DNA of 64,000 bases from Rhynchopus sp. YZ270_cl-10 (GCA_964035575.1 OZ037838.1:1798001-1862000); one strand, 5' to 3'. Counted from the first letter of the stretch, positions 45,352 through 58,006 are shown. Program-made: numbers and translations. The notes: generated from the letters alone by a model not told the origin.

Positions 45352-46168
45352 TTGCGTAACGCTTGGGGACCAAAATTTAACACTTGCCAAGAAATTTTTC
45401 CAATCAGACAAAACTCCTTCTAAACACCCGAAAAACACTTCAGTCCACATCTTCTGGGGTCCCGGGGTGGAAATGTATGGTTTTTACAGCTTTTAGGGGT
45501 CCTGGGAGGGTCCCAGACGTATTCATGAGGGAGGGAACCGCTTAAAATGCCCGAATTTACCTCTTTTTTAGGGTGCTTTTTCACCTTAAAAATTCAAAAA
45601 AAAGTTCTCAGATAAGCACAGAAGTGTCCAAACCCCCTCGGAACTACTCGCCAGACCCCCTGCGGGGTGGAGAATTATATTTGCGATCACTTTTTGGGCT
45701 ATTTTGCCCAAAATAATCCCGTGTCCCACTTTTGTCCCACTTGTCCCAAAATAGCCTAAAATACCCTATTTTGGGACAAGTGTAACAAAAGTGTAACATG
45801 AGGTTATTTTGGGCAAAATAGCCCAAAAAGTGATCGCAAATATAATTCTCCACCCCGCAGGGGGTCTGGCGAGTAGTTCCGAGGGGGTTTGGACACTTCT
45901 GTGCTTATCTGAGAACTTTTTTTTGAATTTTTAAGGTGAAAAAGCACCCTAAAAAAGAGGTAAATTCGGGCATTTTAAGCGGTTCCCTCCCTCATGAATA
46001 CGTCTGGGACCCTCCCAGGACCCCTAAAAGCTGTAAAAACCATACATTTCCACCCCGGGACCCCAGAAGATGTGGACTGAAGTGTTTTTCGGGTGTTTAG
46101 AAGGAGTTTTGTCTGATTGGAAAAATTTCTTGGCAAGTGTTAAATTTTGGTCCCCAAGCGTTACGCAA
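45352..46168. repeat. Long inverted repeat: 365-bp arms (45352-45716, 45804-46168), 87-bp spacer
   Basis: TTGCGTAACGCTTGGGGACCAAAATTTAAC mirrored at the right end; a diverged arm fragment lies at ~31475-31580. Confidence 0.9.
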
Positions 46169-47217
46169 GCGTTACGCAATTTTGGGGTCTTTTTTCACAA
46201 AAAATCGATTTTTTTTGGACAAGAAATGCTCTGTGAAGGTCGTCAGGTGGTTTATTGGGATATATGGGTGGTCCCCAGGGCGATTTGCGGCCAGGCACGC
46301 CCATTTTAGTGGGTTTCTTCACCGAAATTTCAAAAAAATGGGTTTTGGACAGCAAAACGCCCTTGGTGGAACCCCCTTGCCTATATATAGTATACTGATG
46401 AGGGCTGCCGAAGGGTAAAAAAAGAGTTGTCTAGGAGAGGCAGCTCGAAACCACTAAAACGAGAGTCAGCCCAGAATCTGTATTTCTACGGATAGGGAGA
46501 GTATTCAAAATTCCCGTTTTTCCCTTTTTCCGTTTTTCCATTTTTGACCTTTTTAGACACCCTCATAATGCATTTAATACTAGGAGAGGTAAAATGTACT
46601 GGCTGTATCCTTCTCCTTTTTTGTACTGTTAGCCCATATAAAAATGGCGCCGCAGACAAAGAAATTGGGGGTACAGCCCTGGATGGTGCAGGATTTTGTT
46701 GTCAATTTTTTTTTTCTTGCCCCCTGAAAACTCTTGCTTTTGAGAGTTTCGACCATTTCACCACACTGGTGGTGTGTCACCTACAGTGAAACCCACCAGA
46801 AACCACAAGAAAGCCCCCTAAGGAAAAAAGGAAAAATAACTATTTATTACTGTAAAATAAAGTAGACTTTATTTTACACGATATTTCCAGGTGCACGAGT
46901 GTGTATTTTTTTCCCGAGCGAAGCGAGGGGGAAAAAAATACACGAGTGCACCTGGAAATATCGAGTAAAATAGTGAAGTCTACTTTTTTTTGCAGTGATA
47001 AGTTGTTTTATTTGTCTAGTAAAAACACGATATACGCAATCCTTCTTTAAAACGAATAAAATGATGTTGACCAAAGAGTGGAGAGGGTGTGGGTGGACTA
47101 CTACAAAAAACAGGGGCGACATAAGGGCACTGTTTCTCATGCGAACAATGAACAATAAAGTTGGGAGTACCCATTTTCCCAGGTACACAGGTACGGGTAC
47201 ACGGATCCACCGGTACT

Positions 47218-47573
47218 CAGGTACAGGTACACAGGTACACAGGTACACAGGTACACAGGTACACAGGTACACAGGTACACAGGTACACAGGTACACAGGT
47301 ACACAGGTACACAGGTACACAGGTACACAGGTACACAGGTACACAGGTACACAGGTACACAGGTACACAGGTACACAGGTACACAGGTACACAGGTACAC
47401 AGGTACACAGGTACACAGGTACACAGGTACACAGGTACACAGGTACACAGGTACACAGGTACACAGGTACACAGGTACACAGGTACACAGGTACACAGGT
47501 ACACAGGTACACAGGTACACAGGTACACAGGTACACAGGTACACAGGTACACAGGTACACAGGTACACAGGTC
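47218..47573. repeat. (CAGGTACA)n octamer microsatellite
   Basis: Read directly, >40 units. Confidence 0.95.
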
Positions 47574-47852
47574 CCATAATCTTCGTACAGCTCCTCCATT
47601 TTCCAGCATACTTTTTTTTACGTGTTTTTTCGTGGTCCCTGGTGAAAAAAGTAGGGGAAACCCTCTTCTCCAGTGTGAAAAACTTTATTTTACGGAGTAA
47701 AACTTTATTTTACGGAGTAAAACTTTATTTTACAGCTCCATAGAAAACCCTCGTGTGAGCTGTAAAATAAAGTCCACTTTATTTTATTCGTTTTATAGAG
47801 GGATTGCACTTATAAAGTTGGGTGATCTATGAACGGGGAGAGAGTTTTTCAC

Positions 47853-48657
47853 TAGCTCTCAGTAAGCTCTCACAGGCTCTCACAGACTCTCACAAGCTCT
47901 CACAAGGTCTCACAGGCTCTCACAAGCTCTCACAGGCTCTCACAGACTCTCACAGACTCTCACAAGCTCTCACAGGCTCTCACAAGGTCTCACAGGCTCT
48001 CACAGCTCTCACTAACTCTCACTAAGCTCTCACAGGCTCTCACAGGCTCTCACTAATTCTGAGGGGTTTTTTGTTAGTGGTGTGGTGTGGCTGGCAACAT
48101 GTATTCTGTGGTGGTTAAACGTGAAATATTCCTTCTTCAATGGATTTATTGGGTGTATGTTATACTGGGACAACGTGGTCAGATCACTCTTCAGACCACC
48201 TGGCGTTTGTATTGTGTATACTGTGTATACTGTGTATACTGTGTATACTGTGTATACTGTGTATACTGTGTATACTGTGTATACTGTGTATACTGTGTAT
48301 ACTGTGTATACTGTGTATACTGTGTATACTGTGTATACTGTGTATACTGTGTATACTGTGTATACTGTGTATACTGTGTATACTGTGTATACTGTAGGTC
48401 ATCAGCTCTCAGTAAGCTCTCACAGCTCCCACTAGCTCCCGCTAGCTCCCACTAACTCTCACTAACTCCCAGTAAGCTCTCACTAGCTCTCAGTAAGCTC
48501 CCACAGCTCCCACTAGCTCTCACTAGCTCTCAGTATGCTCTCACAGGCTCTCACAAGCTCTCACAAGGTCTCACAGGCTCTCACAAGGTCTCACAAGCTC
48601 TCACAGGCTCTCACAGACTCTCACAAGGTCTCACAGGCTCTCACAAGCTCTCACAGC
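47853..48657. repeat. Decamer minisatellite (CTCTCACAGG and variants) in two blocks, interrupted by a segment with a (TGTGTATAC)n 9-mer array at ~48213-48395
   Basis: Read directly. Confidence 0.92.
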
Positions 48658-49493
48658 CTGTTACGTGTCCCACGGAGACGATCATAGATCACCCAAAAGT
48701 GTTTTTACTAGACATATAAAAAATCTAAAATCCAGAATTTCATGTTCTCGGTCCCACTTAGGAACTTCCCTGCTCCCAAGACCCCCCCCCTTTTTTTTCG
48801 GACTTTTGATTATCTGGTCACTTCTGGTCACTACTTTTGGTATTTTCGGGCCTCCAGGATGTTTTCCGGGAGGTCTTGGGTAGTGACTACAAATACCACA
48901 ACAAATATAAAATAGTCAAGGGTCCATTTTTAGCACCCTCTATCTTCTATACCTTCTTTTCGTCAGAAAAGAATGTACATGAAACAAGCTTTTTATTTCA
49001 GCTCCACTTTCGTGGCTCATGTTTGTGTTCTTCATATTTTTCTCCGTGCATAAGCGATTCTACACATCATCGTGACATCATCATAAGAAATAACGTTGAG
49101 AGGCGCATGTCATTATGACGTGGTACCACGTGTCAATCTGCTTGTACGGTTTTGCTATTAAATTTCTTTAAAATCAGTTTTGCGAAGTAAACATAATGTA
49201 TAGTGGTGTACTCAACTCTTTGTGTTCTTACTTCTTTCGAAACTCAATATGGTAGACAGAACTATTCCTCGCTGTTGCATGTGTCGCTCTCATGCAGGAG
49301 GTACAAGGAGCTATCTCCGCGCCGTTTTCAATCACAATACTTTTTGTGGCGCTCATAGCCAGTACACATTGCGTGCCATGTGGCAGGCCATTTGACCCAC
49401 CGCAGGAAGGCTGCTCTTTCATCAGTGCTGTTGCAATAGTGCTGCTGACACACACCTTTCCCACCCCACCCTGCAGACACACACACACACACC

Positions 49494-51932
49494 ATGGAAA
49501 TACGTAAGTTCAGGCCAACATGCACAATCAATTTGACATGGCTGATTGCCATGGCGACAGCATTCTCCACGTGTGCGTCGATTGCCGGCGGGATGATCAT
49601 GTACTTCGAGTCTGTCGCAGCACTGGAGAAGACGATCGAAGAAGTGTCCGGTGCTGAATGTTCGGGGATCCAGCTTGAGCTCTTGAAGAGCGTGGAGGAG
49701 ACGGAGTCCATTGTGTACAAGACTCATAAGTTTTTGTATACGCCGGTGATCAAGTCCCAAGGTCCTATCGTGGCTGATGAAAATGGGTTCCTGAATGTCT
49801 CGAAGTCGGACAGCACTGACTGGGTTGAGATGCTTCGGCGCTACAAGTTTGGCACAATCCGGCGCAGCAAGTATCTCTACTCGATGGGCGTTGTGTTGAT
49901 ACCTCACGTGAGGACGGACTCGGCTGGCATCTACACGAACGTGTGGTTCGATCTGAAGGCGGGAAACGAGCGTGAGTTTGTTTGGGGCCGCTCTGGGAAC
50001 ATGATTGAAGGAGCGAACAACACACATCTGACACTGGCACGAACAGACAAGCTGGACGAGGAGTCTGGCGAGATTACTGGGTTTGCGTACAACTTCCCTG
50101 CCATCGGACGGTTCATGAACTTCGAAAACTGGGATCCCAATGGGGGCAAAGACTTTAACTTCACGAATTGGCCTGCAGACTACGCGCCACGTGGCTGGTC
50201 GCAGGGCACCTATGGCTCACAAATCCAGCGCTGGCGCTACCCCTCCCCTTGGTACGCTTCGGACAACAACCCTTACGTGTACAACTCATATGACGTTGTC
50301 TTCGCACCCCCACCCTCACCACACCCGTGGTCGGCTTACAAGTACATCTACATCAGCGGTTTCTTCATCTTCACGTCTTGGGAGGAGGCTGTTGCCCAGT
50401 ACGGACAGGACCACCCGGGAACAGAGGTAATCGTTTTCGACGCGACCACCGAGTTCGTGTATGCTACTTCAGACAATAGAACGATGATCGACAAGTCGTG
50501 CAACGCGGCCGGGCGCACGGACACTCCACTGGAGGACTGTGTTGTGACGATTTCGCACATGCCCAAGGTGATGCAGGATGCATGGAAGGAAGTCAAAGAC
50601 GAGGAGGACACCTTTCGCATCACTGATCTCGACGGCGAGAAGCACTTCGTGCGCAGGGCACCCCTCTTCCGCTTCACGCCCGAGGGAGGCAAAGACGAGA
50701 GCATCCCTGCACCCATGAACGCCTGCATCCTCTGGGTGCGCCCGTACTCTTCTGTCGAGGGTGAGGTGAAGAACGCGCTGTACCTCTTGATCGGCTTCTC
50801 TGCCGCAGTGTTGATCCTGGACGTGGTGCTTGCAGTGTGTGAGGTGCTTGTGGTCGGTGTGCCGCTGATAAAGCTATCTGCTGCGATGACACACCTGCAC
50901 GACATGGACCTCGTCAACGCACTGCGGTGCACAGACGCCGCACGCACACAGGCCATTGCTGTCACGCAGATCCGCAACGTGATCAACGGCCTTCTCTTCG
51001 CTGTGCGGAACCTTGAGCAGTACAAAGCGTTCCTCCCGTCGTCGCTCTTCCAGGAGGAGGACACCGACAACGATGGGTCGAGCGAGACTTCCGACACAAA
51101 GGATATTGTCAGCAGGGTAAGCAGGGTCAGCAGCGTCTCCCGCCCACCTTCTGCACACACAGCTGCGTCCCGCAGCAGTGCCGTTGTGCGCACAGGGAAC
51201 GTGACTCAGCTTCAGACTGTGTCTGCCAAGGGTGCGCTGCTTGCGGTGCGTGTTGTTGCTGCAGAGGTGGGGCACGCGGAGTACACAACACTGATCGGAT
51301 ACCTGCAGGACGTTGTCTCAGCAAGGCGTGGGATGCTGCACGGTATCCAGGCTGTAGAGCACACTCTGTTCCACATCTCGTGGGGGCTGACAGCACGCTG
51401 CACGCTGTCCTCCTGTGTGAAGTACGCAAGCGAAGTCGCCTCGTTGCTGCCGAATGCACCCACACGCGTGTCCTCTGCTATCGTGTCGGGCTCGTTCCAT
51501 GTCGGCAACGTCGGGAACAGCACTCTGCGTGGTGTTGCTGTGTGCGGTACTGAAACCTCAAAGCTGGCCGCCTTCCAAGCCTTCTCCGCACACTGCATGG
51601 TGCTGTCCAAGTCAGCTTCGGTGACAGTACTCAGCAGAAGGGCGGCTTCTGTTCTGGAGGGACAGTTCCTCACGCACTACCTGTGCAAATCCGACTCAGG
51701 TGACAGGATGTGCGAACTTGGCGAACTGAACGTCCAGAAGAACGAGGAATGGATGTACACACTGCACCACGACTTGTCTACAAGGGATCCCATACAGAGG
51801 CACGTAGAAGGTGCTATTGCGTTTGAAGACATCTCGAAACAGGACATGACAGATCTGCAACAACTTCTCTTCAAGTCAGCTGAAGACGTGAACATGGTGT
51901 GGTCTGTCACGGGAAGGCTGGGCCCAGCATAA
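49494..51932 (+). CDS. Receptor-type cyclase-like protein, copy D (812 aa)
   Basis: Intact paralog; mosaic of A-like and B/C-like segments. Confidence 0.8.
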   Translation: MEIRKFRPTCTINLTWLIAMATAFSTCASIAGGMIMYFESVAALEKTIEEVSGAECSGIQLELLKSVEETESIVYKTHKFLYTPVIKSQGPIVADENGFLNVSKSDSTDWVEMLRRYKFGTIRRSKYLYSMGVVLIPHVRTDSAGIYTNVWFDLKAGNEREFVWGRSGNMIEGANNTHLTLARTDKLDEESGEITGFAYNFPAIGRFMNFENWDPNGGKDFNFTNWPADYAPRGWSQGTYGSQIQRWRYPSPWYASDNNPYVYNSYDVVFAPPPSPHPWSAYKYIYISGFFIFTSWEEAVAQYGQDHPGTEVIVFDATTEFVYATSDNRTMIDKSCNAAGRTDTPLEDCVVTISHMPKVMQDAWKEVKDEEDTFRITDLDGEKHFVRRAPLFRFTPEGGKDESIPAPMNACILWVRPYSSVEGEVKNALYLLIGFSAAVLILDVVLAVCEVLVVGVPLIKLSAAMTHLHDMDLVNALRCTDAARTQAIAVTQIRNVINGLLFAVRNLEQYKAFLPSSLFQEEDTDNDGSSETSDTKDIVSRVSRVSSVSRPPSAHTAASRSSAVVRTGNVTQLQTVSAKGALLAVRVVAAEVGHAEYTTLIGYLQDVVSARRGMLHGIQAVEHTLFHISWGLTARCTLSSCVKYASEVASLLPNAPTRVSSAIVSGSFHVGNVGNSTLRGVAVCGTETSKLAAFQAFSAHCMVLSKSASVTVLSRRAASVLEGQFLTHYLCKSDSGDRMCELGELNVQKNEEWMYTLHHDLSTRDPIQRHVEGAIAFEDISKQDMTDLQQLLFKSAEDVNMVWSVTGRLGPA

Positions 51933-52104
51933 ATCCATTGTTTTTTTAGTGTCCGTGTGGTGTGTGGTTGTAGTCGACTTCTTCTTCTTCGGCCGACGAT
52001 ATTGCTTACTATTTTTCAAGGCCAAATTGTCAAACTAAATGCGAGAACAAAATACAATTTTTGAAAATGTATTTTCTGGAAAAAAAAATTAAAGAAAAGT
52101 AATT

Positions 52105-52800
52105 ATTCCCCCATGGGGCCTCACCGCGTATCCTCATTTTTATGCACACCTTTCGCTCACCCACACTTTTATTTTCACATTCACCTTATTTTTTGTTAAA
52201 AAATACATTGTCCAGAGAAATCTGGAAAAATAAAAACAAAACACACAAAAAAAAATCACTGGAGTCGAAAAGCTGTTGTGTCCTGAAATGTTCTTAAATG
52301 AACAATTTAAATCGGCTCTTCTTTTTTGAGGTTCAGAGGAAAACGTCTGATGTTCTTTCTGCAAAACTCTTTTGTTGAATGCATCATATCGTCCTTGTGG
52401 TCTGATTGATCTTTGGGTCGACACTAACGCTCAACACTCCAGCGAAACAGAGAATACACGGTGGACTGGTCATGGTCATCACTAGTACTTTAACTGGTCC
52501 ATTTTTTACCAGACTAATTTTTTTGTACTGGTTACATTAGTCATTGGCGAGTCCACATTTGGGTGTGTCCGTAAAACCCTCCCAAAAAAGCAAACATTTT
52601 TTTGTTGAACTCTCACGCTTTTTGAAAGATAGGATCGAAAAATCAACAAAATAAAAAAGGGAAAAAGAGATTAGATCTTAAAAAAAAGCAAATTAGAAAA
52701 ATGCAGCAACCTTGTGTGTTCTATTAAAAGTAATTGCATAGGGTTGGATGTTCCGCATATTTTCCTTTGAAATTCATTTTTCGCCTTCGGGCTTTGTTTG
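52105..52800 (+). repeat. Spacer segment duplicated at ~24715-25300
   Basis: Shared GAACAATTTAAATCGGCTCTTCTTTTTTGAGGTTCAGAGGAAAACGTCTGATG...CACTAGTACTTTA. Confidence 0.8.
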
Positions 52801-54293
52801 TACAGAACCCGTCCTCGGACAGGGTGATTGTCGATACTACAAAACAATAAAAAAAAATCAAAAAATCAGAATAAATACGTTCGAACGAACCCTCGGCAAA
52901 TCTGTGAATGTTGTCAAACCATTTCACTTGTCATGGTGATAAGTGAAATGACACAGTGAAAGCGATGGCAAATGGTCACTTGTCATGACAAGTGGTGCCT
53001 CTGGACCACGTCGTGTATACCCTCGGGGTGTTTTCTCCCCCTTTTTATTTTTTGACCGAGCTGCGCTTTAGCACATTTCAACTACTCTTTCCCCCCCCCC
53101 ACATAGGGGGGGTCAAAAGCCCCCAAAAAGCGATAACAAAATGATAAAAATCGAGTTTTGGTTTCTAAGTGCTAAAAAATGACCAAAACCAGAAAATACC
53201 ACCCTCAGATGTCCAAAAATCCATCTGCGCCCGGTTTTGAGCAGTTTTGAGCCTCAAGAAGCCCCGTATCTGCTTTTTTCAAAAATGTACACACAACTTG
53301 TACCTGCCCACCCCCTGTAGGTAGAGCAACTCACACATCCATCACGCCTCAGTGTGAGCCAGGGGCCAGAAAATCCCCCAAAGCCACATATTTTCACCCA
53401 AGAACCTATCCCGAGGGGTACCCAGGCTGTTTCGGGGTGTTTAGAGGGACTTGGTGGAACTTAGAACCATGTTTCTAAAAGTGTCAAGGAACTCGTACCA
53501 AGGGTTTTCCCACCCAAGGTACTTTAAGCCGTCAAAAAACGTGAAGTACGCAATAAATCAAAAAAATACCCCCCTGAGGTCAAAAAAACCACACCATAGG
53601 CCCATTTGGACCCAAAAAATCGAATTCCGCCCGGTTTTGGGCACTTTTGACCACTTCTGAGCGACTTTTTTGCATTTTTTTACACCGATTTTAGAAATTT
53701 TGTGTTTTTTTTTGGCAGTAAATCAACTTCCACTCCACTAATCTAATCGAGTAAAAATATGGTGGACTCAGCGGAGGTCAGTCCCGGCGGGGAAAATGCA
53801 GAAATCAGCACAATAGTGCCTTTGTGAGATGCTTAAATGCAAAAATGGACCCCATTTTTGGGTGTATTTTTTAGGGGTCCCACGGAGCACGTGATTTTGA
53901 TGTGAAAATTTTTGTCAAAAAAAATGTGAAAAATTACTATGTCGAGCTTTTGTGTGAAATAAAGCCAATGCAGAAATTTTTGAGTGTTTTTGACCATCTG
54001 TGGGTAGCGCATATTTTTTCTAGCAAAAGTGGATTTTTTGGGAATTTTTTGGGAATTTTGCACTTTTGTCGGAAATGGAAAAATAATACGACAGTGAAGT
54101 TATGGGTGGAGGATTTTTTTCGGGTTTTGTATTTGAACGATCTGGTGCAAATGAAGTGAATGCCTGAAATTTTGACGACTTTGGAGACAATTTTTCGAAC
54201 TCAGAAACAAATTGTCGGTGGGTGGATTTTGGGGATTTTTGACCGAGATCTGACTTTTTTGTAAGGTGGACTTGAAGAAAACCTTGAAAAATT

Positions 54294-55045
54294 TTCCGCT
54301 CGCTTCGCTCGCGGATGTAATTTTTTACTAATGCTTGGTATTGTGTAATTGTTTTTGTATTGTGTTCGCTCGCGAACACAATACAAAAACAATTACACAA
54401 TATTCCCGCGCGCGAAGCGCGCGGGAAAGAATTTTTACGGGTAGTTTTTCGGAGAGAGGAAAAGGTAAATTCCCGCGCGCGAAGCGCGCGAGAAAAATTT
54501 TTTCGAGTAGTAGCGAGCGGAAAAAGTTTATTCCCGCGCGCGAAGCGCGCGGGAAACATTTTTACGAGTAGTTTTTCCGCGAGCGAAGCGCGCGAGGAAA
54601 AATTTTTAGGGGTAGTTTTTCCGCGAGCGAAGCGAGCGGGGAAAAATTTTTACGGGTGGTTGTTCCGCGAGCGAAGCGAGCGGAAAAATTTTTACAAAAA
54701 AAATTAGGGGTAGTTTTTCCGCGAGCGAAGCGAGCGGAAAAAGTACATTTCCCGCGCGCGAAGCGCGCGGGGAAAAATTTTTACGGGTAGTTTTTCCGCG
54801 AGCGAAGCGAGCGGGGAAAAATTTTTACGGGTGGTTGTTCCGCGAGCGAAGCGAGCGGAAAAAGTTTATTCCCGCGCGCGAAGCGCGCGGGAAACATTGT
54901 TACGAGTAGTTTTTCCGCGAGCGAAGCGAGCGGTAAAAGTAAATTCCCGCGCGCGAAGCGCGCGGGAAAAATTTTTAGGGGTAGTTTTTCTGCGAGCGAA
55001 GCGAGCGGAAAAAGTACATTTCCCGCGCGCGAAGCGCGCGGGGAA
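54294..55045. repeat. Array of ~16 GCGAAGC-capped GC hairpins with A/T-tract spacers, plus a perfect palindrome with 31-bp arms (54339-54402)
   Basis: CCCGCGCGCGAAGCGCGCGGG and CCGCGAGCGAAGCGAGCGG recur, mostly every ~30-65 bp. Confidence 0.9.
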
Positions 55046-55400
55046 AAATTTTTACGGGTAGTTTTTCCGCGAGTTTTTCAGCGAGCGGATTTTTTTTTTT
55101 TTTTTTGCAATTTTTGGGCAAAGTTCAAAAATCCCAGCTAAAAAATTTATTTTATTTTTAGAATTAGAGTGTACAGCTAGGTAGGACCAGACGTCGTTAA
55201 CAGCTATGAACCAAAGAGGTTCTCAGTGTCGTCGGCCAAGCCCCTTCACCAAAAAAGACTACAACAAGAAAACAAACACACAGAAAAAAAAAAGTAAAAG
55301 AATGCCCTTCCTCAGTCCGGAAGTATCACCTCAACCGGTCACACCTGCCGTAAAATAGAGAGAGGTTACAGAATAAAAAGTCAAAAAATTAAAAAAAAAA

Positions 55401-56669
55401 GGGTAAATTGCGATAACACGTATACTTTTTTTTTCGATTTGCGATAACACGTACACAAAAAGTATACGTGTTATCGCGAAAAAGTGTACGTGTTTTCGTG
55501 AACAAAAACGTACGTGTTTTCCCAGGTACCCAGGTACCCAGGTACCCAGGTACCCAGGTACCCAGGTACCCAGGTACCCAGGTACCCAGGTACCCAGGTA
55601 CCCAGGTACCCAGGTACCCAGGTACCCAGGTACCCAGGTACCCAGGTACCCAGGTACCCAGGTACCTGGTTTGTCAAGGAAACCAAACTTTTTGTCACGG
55701 AAAAAGTCGTGACAGGGCACTGGGTACTGGGTACACTGTGTACAAGGATAAAAGTCGTGAAAGAGCAACCACAGCTCCACATGACAAACACAAAAGTGTC
55801 CAGTCACGTGGGGCATTCATGCACTGAGGAGATAATGATCCAACAATTTACAAGAAAGATTACTTAACCTACTGCTGGAAGTTGCCAGGTCGTAGTAACA
55901 CACAAAGTGTGCCTCCGTTCGGGAATACCGGATATTCTAGAGACCAAAAAGGCCTCTTCCGCTAGTCAAGGTATAACCGAATGAACGGCCCAAGACCCCC
56001 GTGGAGAAGTTAAATGTTGTAATGCTATCAGGTACAAACTGCGACCACTGTCTTACCCTCCTCAATGCATGGTGGAAGATGTCTTTGACAACAAATATCC
56101 TGTACCCAGGTACCCATATTCCCAGACCCACGCAGTACCACGTCGCAGTACTACGCAAAATTTACCACCAGACCCTGTGTTCGTGCACCTTAAGTACGTA
56201 AGTCTGGTTCCCAGACCCACGCAGTGGCACATGACCGCAAGTGTGAGTGACCCACACAGAGGGATACGCAAAATTTACCACCAGACCCTGTCTTCTGAAT
56301 GTCACACGTACATTTTTTTGAACACTTTTCGCGATAACACGTACATATTTCGCTAAAAAAACGGGGTGCTCGCAACCGCGTTCTAGACCCCCACAGATGC
56401 TCAAAAGTGCCAAATTTTGCTTTGAATGGCCTCAAATCGTCGAAATTAGCCATTTTTGGGGCCCAAAAAAAAAAATTCGAGGGTCTAGGTATGGAGAGCG
56501 AGCACCTTAGAAGAAGGAAACACGTACATTTTTGTTCGCGATAACACGTATACTTTTTTGACCACTTTTCGCGATAACACGTACACTTTTTCGCGATAAC
56601 ACGTATACTTTTTGTGTACGTGTTATCGCAAATGGAAACAAAAAGTATACGTGTTATCGCAATTTGCCC
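55401..56669. mobile_element. Non-autonomous Mutator-like element in a poly-A tract, copy 1, with internal (CCAGGTAC)n
   Basis: Termini GGGTAAATTGCGATAACACGTATAC / GTATACGTGTTATCGCAATTTGCCC; A-runs on both sides; subterminal GCGATAACACGTA repeats. Confidence 0.82.
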
Positions 56670-56681
56670 AAAAAAAAAAAA

Positions 56682-58006
56682 GGGCAAATTGCGATAACAC
56701 GTATACTTTTTGTTTCCATTTGCGATAACACGTACACAAAAAGTATACGTGTTATCGCGAAAAAGTGTACGTGTTATCGCGAAAAGTGGTCAAAAAAGTA
56801 TACGTGTTATCGCGAACAAAAATGTACGTGTTTCCTTCTTCTAAGGTGCTCGCTCTCCATACCTAGACCCTCGAAATTTTTTTTTTTGGGCCCCAAAAAT
56901 GGCTAATTTCGACGATTTGAGGCCATTCAAAGCAAAATTTGGCACTTTTGAGCATCTGTGGGGGTCTAGAACGCGGTTGCGAGCACCCCGTTTTTTAGCG
57001 AAATATGTACGTGTTATCGCGAAAAGTGTTCAAAAAAATGTACGTGTGACATTCAGAAGACAGGGTCTGCTGGTAAATTTTGCGTATCCCTCTGTGTGGG
57101 TCACTCACACTTGCGGTCATGTGCCACTGCGTGGGTCTGGGAACCAGACTTACGTACTTAAGGTGCACGAACACAGGGTCTGGTGGTAAATTTTGCGTAG
57201 TACTGCGACGTGGTACTGCGTGGGTCTGGGAATATGGGTACCTGGGTACAGGATATTTGTTGTCAAAGACATCTTCCACCATGCATTGAGGAGGGTAAGA
57301 CAGTGGTCGCAGTTTGTACCTGATAGCATTACAACATTTAACTTCTCCACGGGGGTCTTGGGCCGTTCATTCGGTTATACCTTGACTAGCGGAAGAGGCC
57401 TTTTTGGTCTCTAGAATATCCGGTATTCCCGAACGGAGGCACACTTTGTGTGTTACTACGACCTGGCAACTTCCAGCAGTAGGTTAAGTAATCTTTCTTG
57501 TAAATTGTTGGATCATTATCTCCTCAGTGCATGAATGCCCCACGTGACTGGACACTTTTGTGTTTGTCATGTGGAGCTGTGGTTGCTCTTTCACGACTTT
57601 TATCCTTGTACACAGTGTACCCAGTACCCAGTGCCCTGTCACGACTTTTTCCGTGACAAAAAGTTTGGTTTCCTTGACAAACCAGGTACCTGGGTACCTG
57701 GGTACCTGTGTACCTGTGTACCTGTGTACCTGTGTACCTGTGTACCTGTGTACCTGTGTACCTGTGTACCTGTGTACCTGTGTACCTGTGTACCTGTGTA
57801 CCTGTGTACCTGTGTACCTGTGTACCTGTGTACCTGTGTACCTGTGTACCTGTGTACCTGTGTACCTGTGTACCTGGGTACCTGGGAAAACACGTACGTT
57901 TTTGTTCGCGAAAACACGTACACTTTTTCGCGATAACACGTATACTTTTTGTGTACGTGTTATCGCAAATCGAAAAAAAAAGTATACGTGTTATCGCAAT
58001 TTACCC
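56682..58006. mobile_element. Same element, copy 2, inverted, with internal (GTACCTGT)n
   Basis: Reverse complement of 55401-56669 (mirror ORFs 55937-56158/57193-57414); separated from copy 1 by A12 and followed by a long A-run. Confidence 0.82.

Noticed and set aside
46874..48455. YTGTQVHR / CTCVPVYL / VYT repeat ORFs (also near 38.4, 40.7, 55.5 and 57.7 kb)
   Set aside because: Stop-free microsatellite translations with no coding evidence.
54400..55045. CRISPR-like look of palindromic repeats with spacers
   Set aside because: The spacers are themselves repeated low-complexity sequences, there are no cas genes, and the context is eukaryotic.
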